Below are positions 9,544 through 18,999 of a stretch of DNA of 64,000 bases, piece by piece. The notes below the pieces were generated by a model. It was not told where the DNA came from and made no database searches. It saw nothing but the letters and a program-made list of their open reading frames with translations. Position 1 is the first letter of the stretch, and each line of letters begins with the position of its first letter. Both the position numbers and the translations under genes were made by a program. The DNA lies in assembly GCA_004297205.1 (NCBI GenBank), contig SCUL01000002.1:316594-380593 (forward strand), written 5' to 3'. The DNA comes from Patescibacteria group bacterium. Its GTDB lineage: Bacteria > Patescibacteriota > Patescibacteriia > 2-12-FULL-57-11.

Positions 9544-9741
9544 ATGTCGACCCGCAAAACCTACCAGGCCGGTGCCAAGCGCATGCGCGTCACCAAGAAC
9601 AAGAAGGTCGTGCACCGCGCGGCCGGCCAGGACCACTTCAATTCCCGCGAAAGCGGCAAGGTCACCAAAGGCAAGCGGCGCCACCGCGTGCTGTCGGGTT
9701 CCTACACCCGTTCGGTAAAGACCATGTTTACCCGCGTCTGA
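9544..9741 (+). CDS. rpmI: 50S ribosomal protein L35
   Basis: KT..AGAKRMRVTKNKKV motif; lies between infC and rplT. Confidence 0.88.
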   Translation: MSTRKTYQAGAKRMRVTKNKKVVHRAAGQDHFNSRESGKVTKGKRRHRVLSGSYTRSVKTMFTRV

Positions 9742-9748
9742 TTTTCCT

Positions 9749-10096
9749 ATGCCTCGCGTCAAACGCGGTAAAACACATCTCAAGCGCCGCAAGAACATCC
9801 TCGCCCGCACCAAGGGGATGAAGTGGGGGCGCAAGTCGAAGCTCAAATTGGCCAAGACGGCCGCCGTCAAAGCCGGCGCCTACGCCTACCGCGACCGCCG
9901 CGTCAAAAAGCGCGAGTTCCGGGCGCTCTGGCAGATGCGCATCAACGCCGCTGCCCGCGAGCACGGCATGTCCTACTCGGCGCTCATGGGCAAGATCAAG
10001 AAGGCCAACATCGCGCTCGATCGCAAGGCCCTCTCGATGCTCGCCGCCGACCACCCCGCGGTCTTCGCGGCGGTGCTTAAAAAGGCCACGACCTAA
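9749..10096 (+). CDS. rplT: 50S ribosomal protein L20
   Basis: MPRVKRG, YAYRDRRVKKREFRALW and LDRKALS motifs. Confidence 0.98.
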   Translation: MPRVKRGKTHLKRRKNILARTKGMKWGRKSKLKLAKTAAVKAGAYAYRDRRVKKREFRALWQMRINAAAREHGMSYSALMGKIKKANIALDRKALSMLAADHPAVFAAVLKKATT

Positions 10097-10106
10097 GCAA
10101 AAAGAA

Positions 10107-10138
10107 AAAAGACGTCCCCTTGACCGGGGACGTCTTTT
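10107..10138 (+). terminator. Intrinsic terminator after rplT
   Basis: AAAAGACGTCCCC-TTGACC-GGGGACGTCTTTT hairpin. Confidence 0.8.
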
Positions 10139-10206
10139 GTGGTAGTGAAGCCGCACGGACGAGCGCGCAGTGCGCCGTCACCTGTCAAAGACAGAGGAGA
10201 GACACC

Positions 10207-10908
10207 ATGGCAGTCCCCCCGCCTCCGCCTCCGCCGCGGAGGACGACGACGCAGCAGTTCAAGGCGAAGTTCAGCAACAGGTGGTTCGTGATCGGCGTGA
10301 TCGCGCTCGGCTTCATCGGAGTCCTCTGCTGCGGCGGCGGACTCATGGCCCTGCTCGGGCACATGGGCTCGCCGACGGACCCCGCGGAGATCGCCGCGGC
10401 CACGCCCGACGCCGGCGCGGCCGAGGAGACGGCCGCCGTGGACCGCGCGGTCCCGCCGCCGTCCGCCGACGAGCCCGACCCGGACGATCCCGGGGAGAGC
10501 GACGTCGGCGACGAGGTCGCAGTCGCCGCAGCGGACCGGGACGCCGGTGCAGCGGACGCCGCCATCGTGGTAGCCGCAGCCGAGGGGGAGCCGTCCGCTC
10601 CCGATGGCAACTTCGAGACGGCAGACGGCGCAGTGGCAGTCGCAGCAGGCGAAGGTCCGGCCGGCGACGCCGCCGTTGCGGTGGCCGCAGTCGAGCCCCC
10701 GCCCGCGGAGCCGCCGCCGGCACTGCCCCCTCCCCCGCTTCCCGCGGGTCCGGTGGCCGAGCCCGTGGTCGTCGCCGCGGCCGACACGACGAGCCCCTGC
10801 GGCACCCCCGAGGGGCTCACGGACGAGGGGCACGCGCGGTGCATCGAGCACCTGCTCGGTCTGGCCCGCGCGCTGACCCCCGACTGGCATCCGCCCGCGT
10901 CGCCGTAG
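10207..10908 (+). CDS. Single-pass membrane protein with acidic Ala/Pro-rich linker and small C-terminal Cys pair
   Basis: GAGGAG Shine-Dalgarno; TM ending LCCGGG; DAG-rich low-complexity region. Confidence 0.65.
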   Translation: MAVPPPPPPPRRTTTQQFKAKFSNRWFVIGVIALGFIGVLCCGGGLMALLGHMGSPTDPAEIAAATPDAGAAEETAAVDRAVPPPSADEPDPDDPGESDVGDEVAVAAADRDAGAADAAIVVAAAEGEPSAPDGNFETADGAVAVAAGEGPAGDAAVAVAAVEPPPAEPPPALPPPPLPAGPVAEPVVVAAADTTSPCGTPEGLTDEGHARCIEHLLGLARALTPDWHPPASP

Positions 10909-11101
10909 ACGCAACGGAGCAGTCGCAGACGGTCATCTTCCACTTCGGTGGAAGGCGGCCGTCTCTTTTTATTTCCAGGAGGAACGCCTTGACACCCCCA
11001 CTTTTTCCCGGTATTCACAAAGCGTACCCGCCGGTTCGGAAACGATCCGCCGGGGAGTTCCATCCCGCCTCGCGGCGGGACAACAAAATGAAGGAGACAT
11101 C

Positions 11102-13330
11102 ATGAGGAAGATCGCTGCGGCCCTGGCCGCGTTGCTGGTACTGATCCTCGGCCTGGTCACGTCGACCGCGGCCGCCCAGGACGACCGGCGCGCCGAGGGC
11201 GCGTCGGTCCGAGCCTCGCTGGTGATCCGTCACGTCGTGCAGGAGGGGGAGAACCTCACCACCGACGACGGCCTCTACGGGCCGGGCGGCATCATGCAGC
11301 ACTACTTCGGCAGGCATCGCCGCGGCGATATCGCCCGGCTGCGCGCCTACGACGGCAACTTCCGCGCCATCCGGGTCGCGCGCTGCGACTGGCCGGACGA
11401 GATTCCGGTCGAGGAGCGGACCGCGCTCCAGGAGTGCCCGAACGCGTACGCCACGTACACGATCCGGCGCGCCGTCGGCCGCACCATCGAGATCCCGATG
11501 CGCTGGGTTCCCTCCCGACGCCTCGCGGAGCTGCTCGGCGTGACGCCGGGCGTGGCGCGCGACATGCGGCGGATCGCCGCGTCCATGGTCCTCCCTCCGG
11601 GGAGCGGCGCGGACGATGCGGACGACGACATGAACGGCGAGGATCCGCTCGTCGACGCGTCAACGGGCGCGGTGGCCGGGACCGAACCCGAAGGGGCTCC
11701 GGATGCCGGCACCGAACGCCTGGCAGAAGACAACCGTGACGCCGGTTCGCCCCTCGCGGGTGGTACCGGTGGCACGGGCGGCACCGACGGTCACGAGCAC
11801 GTCGGCGGCGGAGACGCCCCCAGCGGGAGCAACGGCTTCCTCGAGGGAGTCGCCGTGGTCGGCAGCATGTTCATGGCCTGCCTCTGCCTGTTCCTGCTCA
11901 TCGCCGTGTGGCGGATGCTCTGGGAGCTGGTGCCGATGCTGGCGAAGGACCTCTGGCGCATGTGGCGCGCCTTCCGGCGGCTGCTGCGCATCCGGGCCAA
12001 TCGGGCGCGGAAGCCCTACGATCCGGAGACGGATCCGCGGACGGGGAAGATCCGTCAGCAGCGCGATGCCTACCGCCAGGCCAACCACGATCTGGAGCTG
12101 GAGAAGGCCGCGGCCCTGACCCGGGCCGGTACCGCCGAAAACGAGCGGGAGACGGCGCGCCGGGAAAAGGACGCGGAGCAGCGCGACAAGAATATCGCGC
12201 AGGGCACGGTCCGCAAGATCGCCGAGGCGCTCGGCCTTTCGGTCGGGAACGGCAAGCTGCCGGTGAACATGATCGTCGATCACGTGCGGCAGGCGGCGGC
12301 CCTCCTCCAGAAGGTCGCCGAGTGGACGCAACCCGCCAATCCGTGGGAGTTCGCCCTGGCCGGTGACGCCTTCGATCTGAAGCTGCAGGAGACGTCCGAC
12401 ACGGAGAGGCGGGCGAGACGGGCCGTGGCCCGGGTGCGGAGCTGGGGCAAGCTGGCCCTGGACCGCAAGCGGGAGATCAATGGACTGAACGCCGGGTTCT
12501 CCGAGCACCTCGCGCAGTCGGCAGCGGGCTACCTGGCGCTGGTGGAGGAAAAGAACGGGCTGGTGCGGCGGGTCATCCAGACGGAGGACCAGCTGCGGGC
12601 GCACGACATCCAGCCGCTCGCCTGGCCGCCGGCCGCGACGGCACCTGCCGAGGAGCCGGCGCCCGGCTTGCCGGAGGCACCGCTCGAAAAGCCGCGGCGC
12701 GGTGACGAGAAGACCGAGGTGGTCTTCGGCCTCGACACCTTCGCCCGGGAAGCCGAGCGACTGGCACGGGACGCGGCGGCGTCGGAGGCGTTGGAAAACG
12801 CGCCGACGAGCGCCGGCTTCCGCATCGGGGACCTCGGCGGGGCTCCGGAGGCGGACGAACTGCCGGGCCCGGCAGCGCCGCCGGAGATCGCTCCGGACAA
12901 GACCTCGCCCGGTGTCGGACTGGCCGACGTCGAAGGCGCGCCGCAGGGCGTTCCTCCGCCCGCTCCCAAGCGGCCCACCGTCGGGTTCGAGGAGATGGGC
13001 AGGCGCGGCGACCAGACCGGCCCCATCGCGGTGCCGCCGACGGGCGCGCTGCCCGTCATCGATCCGGATGCGGACCCGGACGACGAAGACGTCGACGAAG
13101 ATCTGCAGGGCAACGGCTCGGGCAACGGCTCGAGTCCCCCCTCCCATACGCAACCCGTGATGTGCGGGTGCGGAAAGGAGGTCGCGTGGTACGACTGGGT
13201 GGCGCACCTGGCGATCTGTCCGGATGCGGACAAGATCCAGGCGCCCAACCCGCCGGACGTGCCTCCCGCAACGGAGGTCCGCCCGGCGCAAGAAAAGAGG
13301 CGCAGGCGCCGACGAAAGAATTCGCCGTAG
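11102..13330 (+). CDS. Membrane protein: signal peptide, LysM-like region, TM, coiled coil, Pro-rich tail, C-terminal Zn-finger-like motif
   Basis: AAGGAG Shine-Dalgarno; HVVQEGENL...GRTIEIP; central TM; CGCGKEVAWYDWVAHLAIC. Confidence 0.65.
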   Translation: MRKIAAALAALLVLILGLVTSTAAAQDDRRAEGASVRASLVIRHVVQEGENLTTDDGLYGPGGIMQHYFGRHRRGDIARLRAYDGNFRAIRVARCDWPDEIPVEERTALQECPNAYATYTIRRAVGRTIEIPMRWVPSRRLAELLGVTPGVARDMRRIAASMVLPPGSGADDADDDMNGEDPLVDASTGAVAGTEPEGAPDAGTERLAEDNRDAGSPLAGGTGGTGGTDGHEHVGGGDAPSGSNGFLEGVAVVGSMFMACLCLFLLIAVWRMLWELVPMLAKDLWRMWRAFRRLLRIRANRARKPYDPETDPRTGKIRQQRDAYRQANHDLELEKAAALTRAGTAENERETARREKDAEQRDKNIAQGTVRKIAEALGLSVGNGKLPVNMIVDHVRQAAALLQKVAEWTQPANPWEFALAGDAFDLKLQETSDTERRARRAVARVRSWGKLALDRKREINGLNAGFSEHLAQSAAGYLALVEEKNGLVRRVIQTEDQLRAHDIQPLAWPPAATAPAEEPAPGLPEAPLEKPRRGDEKTEVVFGLDTFAREAERLARDAAASEALENAPTSAGFRIGDLGGAPEADELPGPAAPPEIAPDKTSPGVGLADVEGAPQGVPPPAPKRPTVGFEEMGRRGDQTGPIAVPPTGALPVIDPDADPDDEDVDEDLQGNGSGNGSSPPSHTQPVMCGCGKEVAWYDWVAHLAICPDADKIQAPNPPDVPPATEVRPAQEKRRRRRRKNSP

Positions 13331-13387
13331 CCCCGCACCTCTCCCACGCCGCCGGTATCCGCAAGGACGCCGGCGCTCTTTTTTATG

Positions 13388-15604
13388 CTAGAAGTTGCCG
13401 TCGATGGACGTCGTGGCCGCCGTGATCGAGGACGGACTGAAGGCCGAGGCCGAGGTGATGTCGACGCCGAACAGGAAATTGCCGAAGAGGGTGTCGTCGA
13501 CGTCGTCGATCTTGGCATTCCAGGCACTCCCATAGACGCCGGACGCCACCGACTCGCTCGTCACGGCGCGCAACACGCCGCCGCGGTCCACGGCGTAGAC
13601 GGTATGCACGGTGGGGAACTTCACGAGGCGCACGCCCGGACGCGGCAGGACGTTCTTGCCGACCGGCAGCGACGCCAGGAAGGCGGCGTCGACCACCTGG
13701 ACCTGCGTGAAGTCGTTGAACCAGGTGAAGTAGATGCGGGCGCTCGGGAAGGCGTGCCGCTTGCCGTCGCGGCCGTAGTAGTAGACGGCTTTGCAGGCAT
13801 GGAAGCTGTCGGCGCCTGCCGGGCAGGCCAGCTTGATGAGGCGTCCCGGCGCGGCCGAGGTGGTGGGCGCGCTGAGAAGGCCTGCGCCCAGCGGGTTGTA
13901 GCCGTTGCGGATTTCCGTGCCGTCACTGAAGCCGTCGCCGTCGGTGTCGCGGGTGGTCGGGCTGGTGCCGTAGAGGGTTTCGTCGGCGTCGGCCAGGTCG
14001 TCGCCGTCGGCGTCCGGATCGGAACCGGTCGAGATCGGCACCGGGGTGGGTGCGGGCGGCGGTGCAGAGGCAGCCACCGACACGGCGATCGTGCGGCCGA
14101 GGCCGACGCCGGTGTTGCCCGCGGCGTCCGTACAACGCACCTCCGCGGCGTAGGAACCGGCCACGGAGAACGTGTAGGAGCGCGAAGCGCTGCCGCCGGA
14201 CACGGCCATCGTCCCGGCGGCGCCGCCGGAGACGTAGAGCGTGCAGGAGGAAATGCCGATGTTGTCCGAGGCCGTGGCGGTGAGCGTGATGGCCGTGCCA
14301 GCAGTCGCCGCCGCCTGGACGATCTGCCCGACGCTCGGGACGGTGGTGTCCGCAGTGGCGGGCGGGGCGCTCACCGTGACCGTGGCGCTGCCGGTGCCGG
14401 CGTTCCCTGCCGCGTCGGTGCAGCGCACCTGCACGGCGAAACTCCCGGCGGCGGCTAAGGTATGGCTGCGGCTGGCCACGCCGGAAGAGACCGCCATGGC
14501 GCCCTGGGAGACGCCGCCGACGAAGAGCGTGCAGGAAGAAATGCCGACGTCATCGGCAACACTGGCCGTGATGGAGACGGCGCTGCCGCTCGTCGCCGTG
14601 GTCGGCCCGACGCCCGTGACCGTCGGCAGCGTGGTATCGGCCGCGGGCGCCACGGTCACGTTGATCGTACCGCTGACCGCGGCGCTGTTGGCCGGGCTCG
14701 CGGTGTCGGTGCAGCTGACGGAGACGCTGTGGCTGCCGACGGTCGTGAACGTCCGGGATTCGCTGTAGGTGCTGCCGCTTTGGCTCATGCTGGTGACCGT
14801 CACCACGCCGTCGATCGTGGAGGTGCACTTGTTGATGGCCACGTTGTCGGTGGCCGTGACGCTGATCGTCACCGCCACATCCTTGGTGGCCGTGGTCGGC
14901 TGCAGGTTGGAGACGACCGGCGGCGTACTGTCGGCCGCCGCGACCGTCACGGTGCGCGATGCAGAGCCGGAGTTTCCCGTCCTATCGATACAGTTGACCT
15001 GCACGGTGTGACTGCCCGCGGACGAAAACGTGACGCCGGACAGCGAGTACGTCGAACCCGAGGCGGTCATCAGGCCGGACTCCGCGCCATCGACAATCAC
15101 CCCGCAGGTGTTGATCCCGGAACCGAATTCGTCATCCATGGCAAACGCGCTGACCGTCGTGGCTGTGCCGGCCGTGGCCGTGGCCGGCTGGAGGTTGGAA
15201 ACCGACGGCGCCGTGTTGTCCGTGAAGATCGTGACCGCGACCGCGGCGCTGGTGCCTTCGTTGGGCGAGGCGGCCTCATCGGTGCAGCGCACCTTTACGC
15301 TGATCGAGCCGGCGGTGCCGGTGTAGGTGTAGGAGCGCGTGGCCGTGCCGGACAATCCGCCCGGATTCGACAAGGTCATCGTCCCCTGGTCCACGCTGTT
15401 GACGACGAGCGCGCACTGCGCGACCCCGGCGATGTCGTCGGTATAGTTCACGGAATACACCGTGGCCTGGTTCTTGTACGTCGAGGTCGGCACCGGCGAC
15501 GACACCGCGGGCGGCGTCCCGTCGGTGATGGCGGCCGCGGAGAGCGGCGCCAGGGCCGATACGGCCATGGCGGCCAGAGCGAGGCGGGAGACGAATGTGC
15601 GCAT
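13388..15604 (-). CDS. Secreted surface protein with tandem Ig-like repeats, TSP3-like Ca-binding repeat and C-terminal CPR-type surface domain
   Basis: Signal peptide; five DxTxPxV...V.CTD.AGN repeats; DADGDDLADADE..GT.P...DTDGDG; AVYYYGRDGKRHAFP. Confidence 0.8.
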   Translation of the reverse strand: MRTFVSRLALAAMAVSALAPLSAAAITDGTPPAVSSPVPTSTYKNQATVYSVNYTDDIAGVAQCALVVNSVDQGTMTLSNPGGLSGTATRSYTYTGTAGSISVKVRCTDEAASPNEGTSAAVAVTIFTDNTAPSVSNLQPATATAGTATTVSAFAMDDEFGSGINTCGVIVDGAESGLMTASGSTYSLSGVTFSSAGSHTVQVNCIDRTGNSGSASRTVTVAAADSTPPVVSNLQPTTATKDVAVTISVTATDNVAINKCTSTIDGVVTVTSMSQSGSTYSESRTFTTVGSHSVSVSCTDTASPANSAAVSGTINVTVAPAADTTLPTVTGVGPTTATSGSAVSITASVADDVGISSCTLFVGGVSQGAMAVSSGVASRSHTLAAAGSFAVQVRCTDAAGNAGTGSATVTVSAPPATADTTVPSVGQIVQAAATAGTAITLTATASDNIGISSCTLYVSGGAAGTMAVSGGSASRSYTFSVAGSYAAEVRCTDAAGNTGVGLGRTIAVSVAASAPPPAPTPVPISTGSDPDADGDDLADADETLYGTSPTTRDTDGDGFSDGTEIRNGYNPLGAGLLSAPTTSAAPGRLIKLACPAGADSFHACKAVYYYGRDGKRHAFPSARIYFTWFNDFTQVQVVDAAFLASLPVGKNVLPRPGVRLVKFPTVHTVYAVDRGGVLRAVTSESVASGVYGSAWNAKIDDVDDTLFGNFLFGVDITSASAFSPSSITAATTSIDGNF

Positions 15605-15708
15605 AAGCGAAATAACGGGCCTGCGGCCCAGATCTTCACCAGTATACCCCCTCGGACGATTGACGTATCCCCAACCGCCCCGTAGGCTCGCCGGCAGGAG
15701 GTCGTTCC

Positions 15709-16452
15709 ATGACAAAAGATCCGGGGAGATCGCTGCTGACCCGGGGCAAAATCCTCGAGCACGCGGAGGCCGGTGACATCGTCATCCGGCCGTTCAACGA
15801 GAAGAACGTCAAGACGACGAGCTACGACGTGCGGCTCGGCAAGTGGCACTTCCGCAAGTCGCGCTCCGGGGAGAAGTCGCGCGACGGGTTGATGCCGATG
15901 TTCAACCCCTTCCGCAAGGAGGAGGTCGACCGCTACTGGGGCACGGCCATCGAAGCCGAGCCGGTGACCATGTGGCGCCAGCGCGGCTACGACATGGATC
16001 CCCTGCCCGACGCGGCGCGCGTCATCGTCCTCTACCCGCTGGAGACGATCCTCGCGCACACCGTCGAGTTCATCGGCGGCCGCACCTGCGTCTCCACGGA
16101 GATGCGGGCGCGCTCCACGATGGGCCGCATCGGCGTGACCATCTGCAAGTGCGCGGGCTGGGGCGATCTCGGGTACATCAATCGGTGGACCATGGAGATC
16201 ACCAACCACAACGAAGACGCCTGCGTGCCGCTCGTCGTGGGCATGCGCCTCGGGCAGATCATCTTCTACAAGGTCGATCCGCTCAAGGAAAGCTACGCCG
16301 CCGAGCACGGCAAGTACCAGACGAGCGACCAGATCGACGAGATCATGCGCTCCTGGCGACCGGAGGCCATGCTTCCCAAGCTCTACAAGGACGACGAGCT
16401 CGTCACCGGCTTCCCGGCCGATGACGTGGTGGACAAGGAGAAGGCGGCATGA
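15709..16452 (+). CDS. dcd: dCTP deaminase
   Basis: SYDVRLG, ILAHTVEFIG, ARSTMGRIG, GDLGY..RWTMEITN and GMRLGQIIF motifs. Confidence 0.9.
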   Translation: MTKDPGRSLLTRGKILEHAEAGDIVIRPFNEKNVKTTSYDVRLGKWHFRKSRSGEKSRDGLMPMFNPFRKEEVDRYWGTAIEAEPVTMWRQRGYDMDPLPDAARVIVLYPLETILAHTVEFIGGRTCVSTEMRARSTMGRIGVTICKCAGWGDLGYINRWTMEITNHNEDACVPLVVGMRLGQIIFYKVDPLKESYAAEHGKYQTSDQIDEIMRSWRPEAMLPKLYKDDELVTGFPADDVVDKEKAA

Positions 16453-16691
16453 CGCAGAAGGACCGGCTCTGCCAGTTCGTGGATCCGGCCTCGCGACACG
16501 GCGAGGCCGACATCGCCGAGGCCATGGGCGCGCGCACCTGCCCGCAGCCGCAGGTCATGGACCCGCCCCACTCCGGGCAGAAGGACCGCATTTGCGTGGC
16601 CTGCCTGTACGACTGGGCGGAAGCCAACGAGCCGCCGAACAAGGGCGTCTGGGGTCCGGTGCGTACGCACCTGGAGATCCTGAGGCGCTGA
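16449..16691 (+). CDS. Small Cys-containing hypothetical protein
   Basis: ATGA coupling to dcd; four Cys including CVAC. Confidence 0.55.
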   Translation: MTQKDRLCQFVDPASRHGEADIAEAMGARTCPQPQVMDPPHSGQKDRICVACLYDWAEANEPPNKGVWGPVRTHLEILRR

Positions 16692-16743
16692 CCGCGAAAG
16701 CGGTCCTCTTTTTTTACATAAAAAAGAAGAGCGCCGAAGCGCC

Positions 16744-17220
16744 CTACTCGATCTCGCCGAGCTCGCGCAGCCGGGCGATACCGTCGCGCAGAATCTGCGC
16801 GTGGTCGAAGCCGATCTTCAGCGTGGCCATGTGGTCCGGGCGCGCGATCTCATCCGCGCGGAAGGCGCGCACCTCGGCGATGCGCTCTCCCGGCACCATG
16901 GCGCCGTCAACGACCCGGCACAGGAACGACAGGGCCACGTCGCCGTACTTCTCGACCCGTTCGGGGCTGTCGTAGATCCCCACGAGCGACCGCTGCATGG
17001 TGTCGCACAGCGGCGTCACGACGAGCCCGGTCTTCTGACGGACGCGATCGCACATCGCGACCTCCATGCTCTGGCCGATCCGGACGATCGTGCCGGGCGT
17101 ATGCCACGCGCCGGGCTCCGTCTCCGCGTCCGGTCCGCGCTTGGCCAGCACGATCAGCCGGCCGAAGACGACGATCGGATCCACGCCGAGGTAGGCGCAC
17201 TGTTGCTTCTGTCCGCTCAT
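16744..17220 (-). CDS. NUDIX hydrolase (degenerate Nudix box)
   Basis: VLAKRG..EPGAWHTPGTIVRIGQSMEVAMCDRVRQKTGL and IGFDHAQIL; GGAGG Shine-Dalgarno; TTGACA-17-TAGGCT upstream. Confidence 0.75.
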   Translation of the reverse strand: MSGQKQQCAYLGVDPIVVFGRLIVLAKRGPDAETEPGAWHTPGTIVRIGQSMEVAMCDRVRQKTGLVVTPLCDTMQRSLVGIYDSPERVEKYGDVALSFLCRVVDGAMVPGERIAEVRAFRADEIARPDHMATLKIGFDHAQILRDGIARLRELGEIE

Positions 17221-17310
17221 TCACTCCTCCCGGCGCCGAGCCTAACCGAACGGAGGAACCCTGTCAACGGAAACACGCTCCGGGGGGTGAGGCGGAGCGT
17301 GTCGTACGCG

Positions 17311-17781
17311 TTACTGTTCCATGCTTGCCTTGAACCGCTCGAAGTGGGGAGGCGGCGTGCCGTTGCCGTTGAAGCGATGCTTGATGAATTTCCGCAGCAT
17401 CATCTTCCCGGGCTTGGGGTGATTGGCCAACCGCTCCAGTATCTTGTCGGCCTGCTCCTGGGTGATCTTGCCGCTGGCCACGCGGGCGGCGATCTCCGCC
17501 TTGGCGCGGGCCTGCATCTTGGCCTGGATCTCTTCAGGCGTGATGCCCAGCTTTTTGGCGATCTCCCCCGGCTTCAGGCCGGCGTCGATCTTCGTTTTGA
17601 GTTCATCGACCGTGATCCCGAGGTCTTCGGCGATCATGGCCTGTATCTCCGTCTTGTCGATGCGCGGACGCTGCATCACCCCGGCACCGCCATCATGGGC
17701 GTATGCGAGCGATGCGGTGGCCAGCGTGCCGGCGAGCGCGATGCCCGCCGCTGCCGCAGGAATGACCCTTTTCATGCGCAT
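17311..17781 (-). CDS. Secreted helical protein (YckD-like repeat)
   Basis: Signal peptide; LGITVDEL/LGITPEEI repeats; VASGKITQEQADKI. Confidence 0.7.
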   Translation of the reverse strand: MRMKRVIPAAAAGIALAGTLATASLAYAHDGGAGVMQRPRIDKTEIQAMIAEDLGITVDELKTKIDAGLKPGEIAKKLGITPEEIQAKMQARAKAEIAARVASGKITQEQADKILERLANHPKPGKMMLRKFIKHRFNGNGTPPPHFERFKASMEQ

Positions 17782-17922
17782 AGCGTTCTGAGGGTTACTG
17801 AGTGAACCGTCCTCTAGGTGCACCTATACCTGGAGATACACGGCTATGAGCTGAGGGGTTACAAAATATATCCTCCGCTCGTGACAGCCTAAATTGCTTC
17901 CGCTTAATCAATCTTTACCTGA

Positions 17923-18645
17923 TTAGCGCCATAGCCCGAACCAGTGTAGGCCGGTCTTCAGTCTATAGATGACTCCTGCTCGCCAAATTCTGAAGATATG
18001 CCAAACGTACGGAAGGGGGTTGCCATTCTTTAAATCATGGAACGTATTCTCGAGTGTCCAACGGAGATCAATTTCTTTCTTTGAATGCGAAGCTCCCTTC
18101 TCATCAAAAAAATTTCCATGTATATCCTCAAAAACAAGTTCATAAGTGTACTTCGATAATACAAAAGGAGAACCTGGGGCAACAGACCTGTACTCTCTTA
18201 GGAGTTTTGCGTCAGCCGTACCCTCTGTTTCGAGGTGGAAAACGACATCGATCCGTTTTGCTTCACAGCTGTCTAGCCTAAGCGGTATCGCAACGTTTTG
18301 ACCACTGTTTGGATCGATAACACTGTCGGGATTGAAGCCGAAACGCAAGGTTGCGTTTTTATACTTTGGGTGCCAAACAACCAAATATACGTTCACGATC
18401 GATGTTGGCCAGTCGCTCTTGTTTTTAATTGTTCCAGCAATAGCTATTCTGTATTTCCCGACACGGTCTCCATCTTTCACCATCGTGCCCGATCGTCCAC
18501 GCATGTCAAACCTTATGCTTGGGGTTTTCCGAATGGCCTGAAGAACAGAGTAGGGTAGCAAAAAGAGACCTGAAATTGACCCGACGTTCAATAGGAGGTT
18601 CGCCCAGTCAAACCCTGGAGGAATACCCAACGTACTAGAGGTCAT
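17923..18645 (-). CDS. Hypothetical protein (low GC, N-terminal TM)
   Basis: Long ORF in a visibly AT-richer segment next to tRNA-Asp. Confidence 0.65.
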   Translation of the reverse strand: MTSSTLGIPPGFDWANLLLNVGSISGLFLLPYSVLQAIRKTPSIRFDMRGRSGTMVKDGDRVGKYRIAIAGTIKNKSDWPTSIVNVYLVVWHPKYKNATLRFGFNPDSVIDPNSGQNVAIPLRLDSCEAKRIDVVFHLETEGTADAKLLREYRSVAPGSPFVLSKYTYELVFEDIHGNFFDEKGASHSKKEIDLRWTLENTFHDLKNGNPLPYVWHIFRIWRAGVIYRLKTGLHWFGLWR

Positions 18646-18781
18646 GATATGTCTGATAGACAAATGTAGCTGGGAAAAATCCTAGCACCAGAGACCAGTC
18701 CTAACAATTTCTTACCCTAAACAGATGAATCTAAGCCATCTGGACAGCCCCGATTCTCCCTGCTACACTGTGGCCACATTT

Positions 18782-18859
18782 GGGGCCGTGGTGTAGCCCG
18801 GTTAACACGTCTCCCTGTCACGGAGAAGACCGAGGGTTCGAATCCCTTCGGCCCCGCCA
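18782..18859 (+). tRNA. tRNA-Asp (GTC)
   Basis: Acceptor GGGGCCG/CGGCCCC; anticodon arm TCTCC-CTGTCAC-GGAGA; TTCGAAT T-loop; encoded CCA. Confidence 0.97.
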
Positions 18860-18860
18860 G

Positions 18861-18889
18861 AAAAAACCTCGCATAGAGCGAGGTTTTTT
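18861..18889 (+). terminator. Terminator after tRNA-Asp
   Basis: AAAAAACCTCGC-ATAGA-GCGAGGTTTTTT. Confidence 0.8.
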
Positions 18890-18999
18890 CTGCGTAAACA
18901 AAACACTGACGTAGTACTCCTCTTGACGAAGGTATGGGGTGACGGCAGATCAGGTTAAGATGCAGGATCTGGGGAAATCCCTTATCATTGGGAGGCTAT

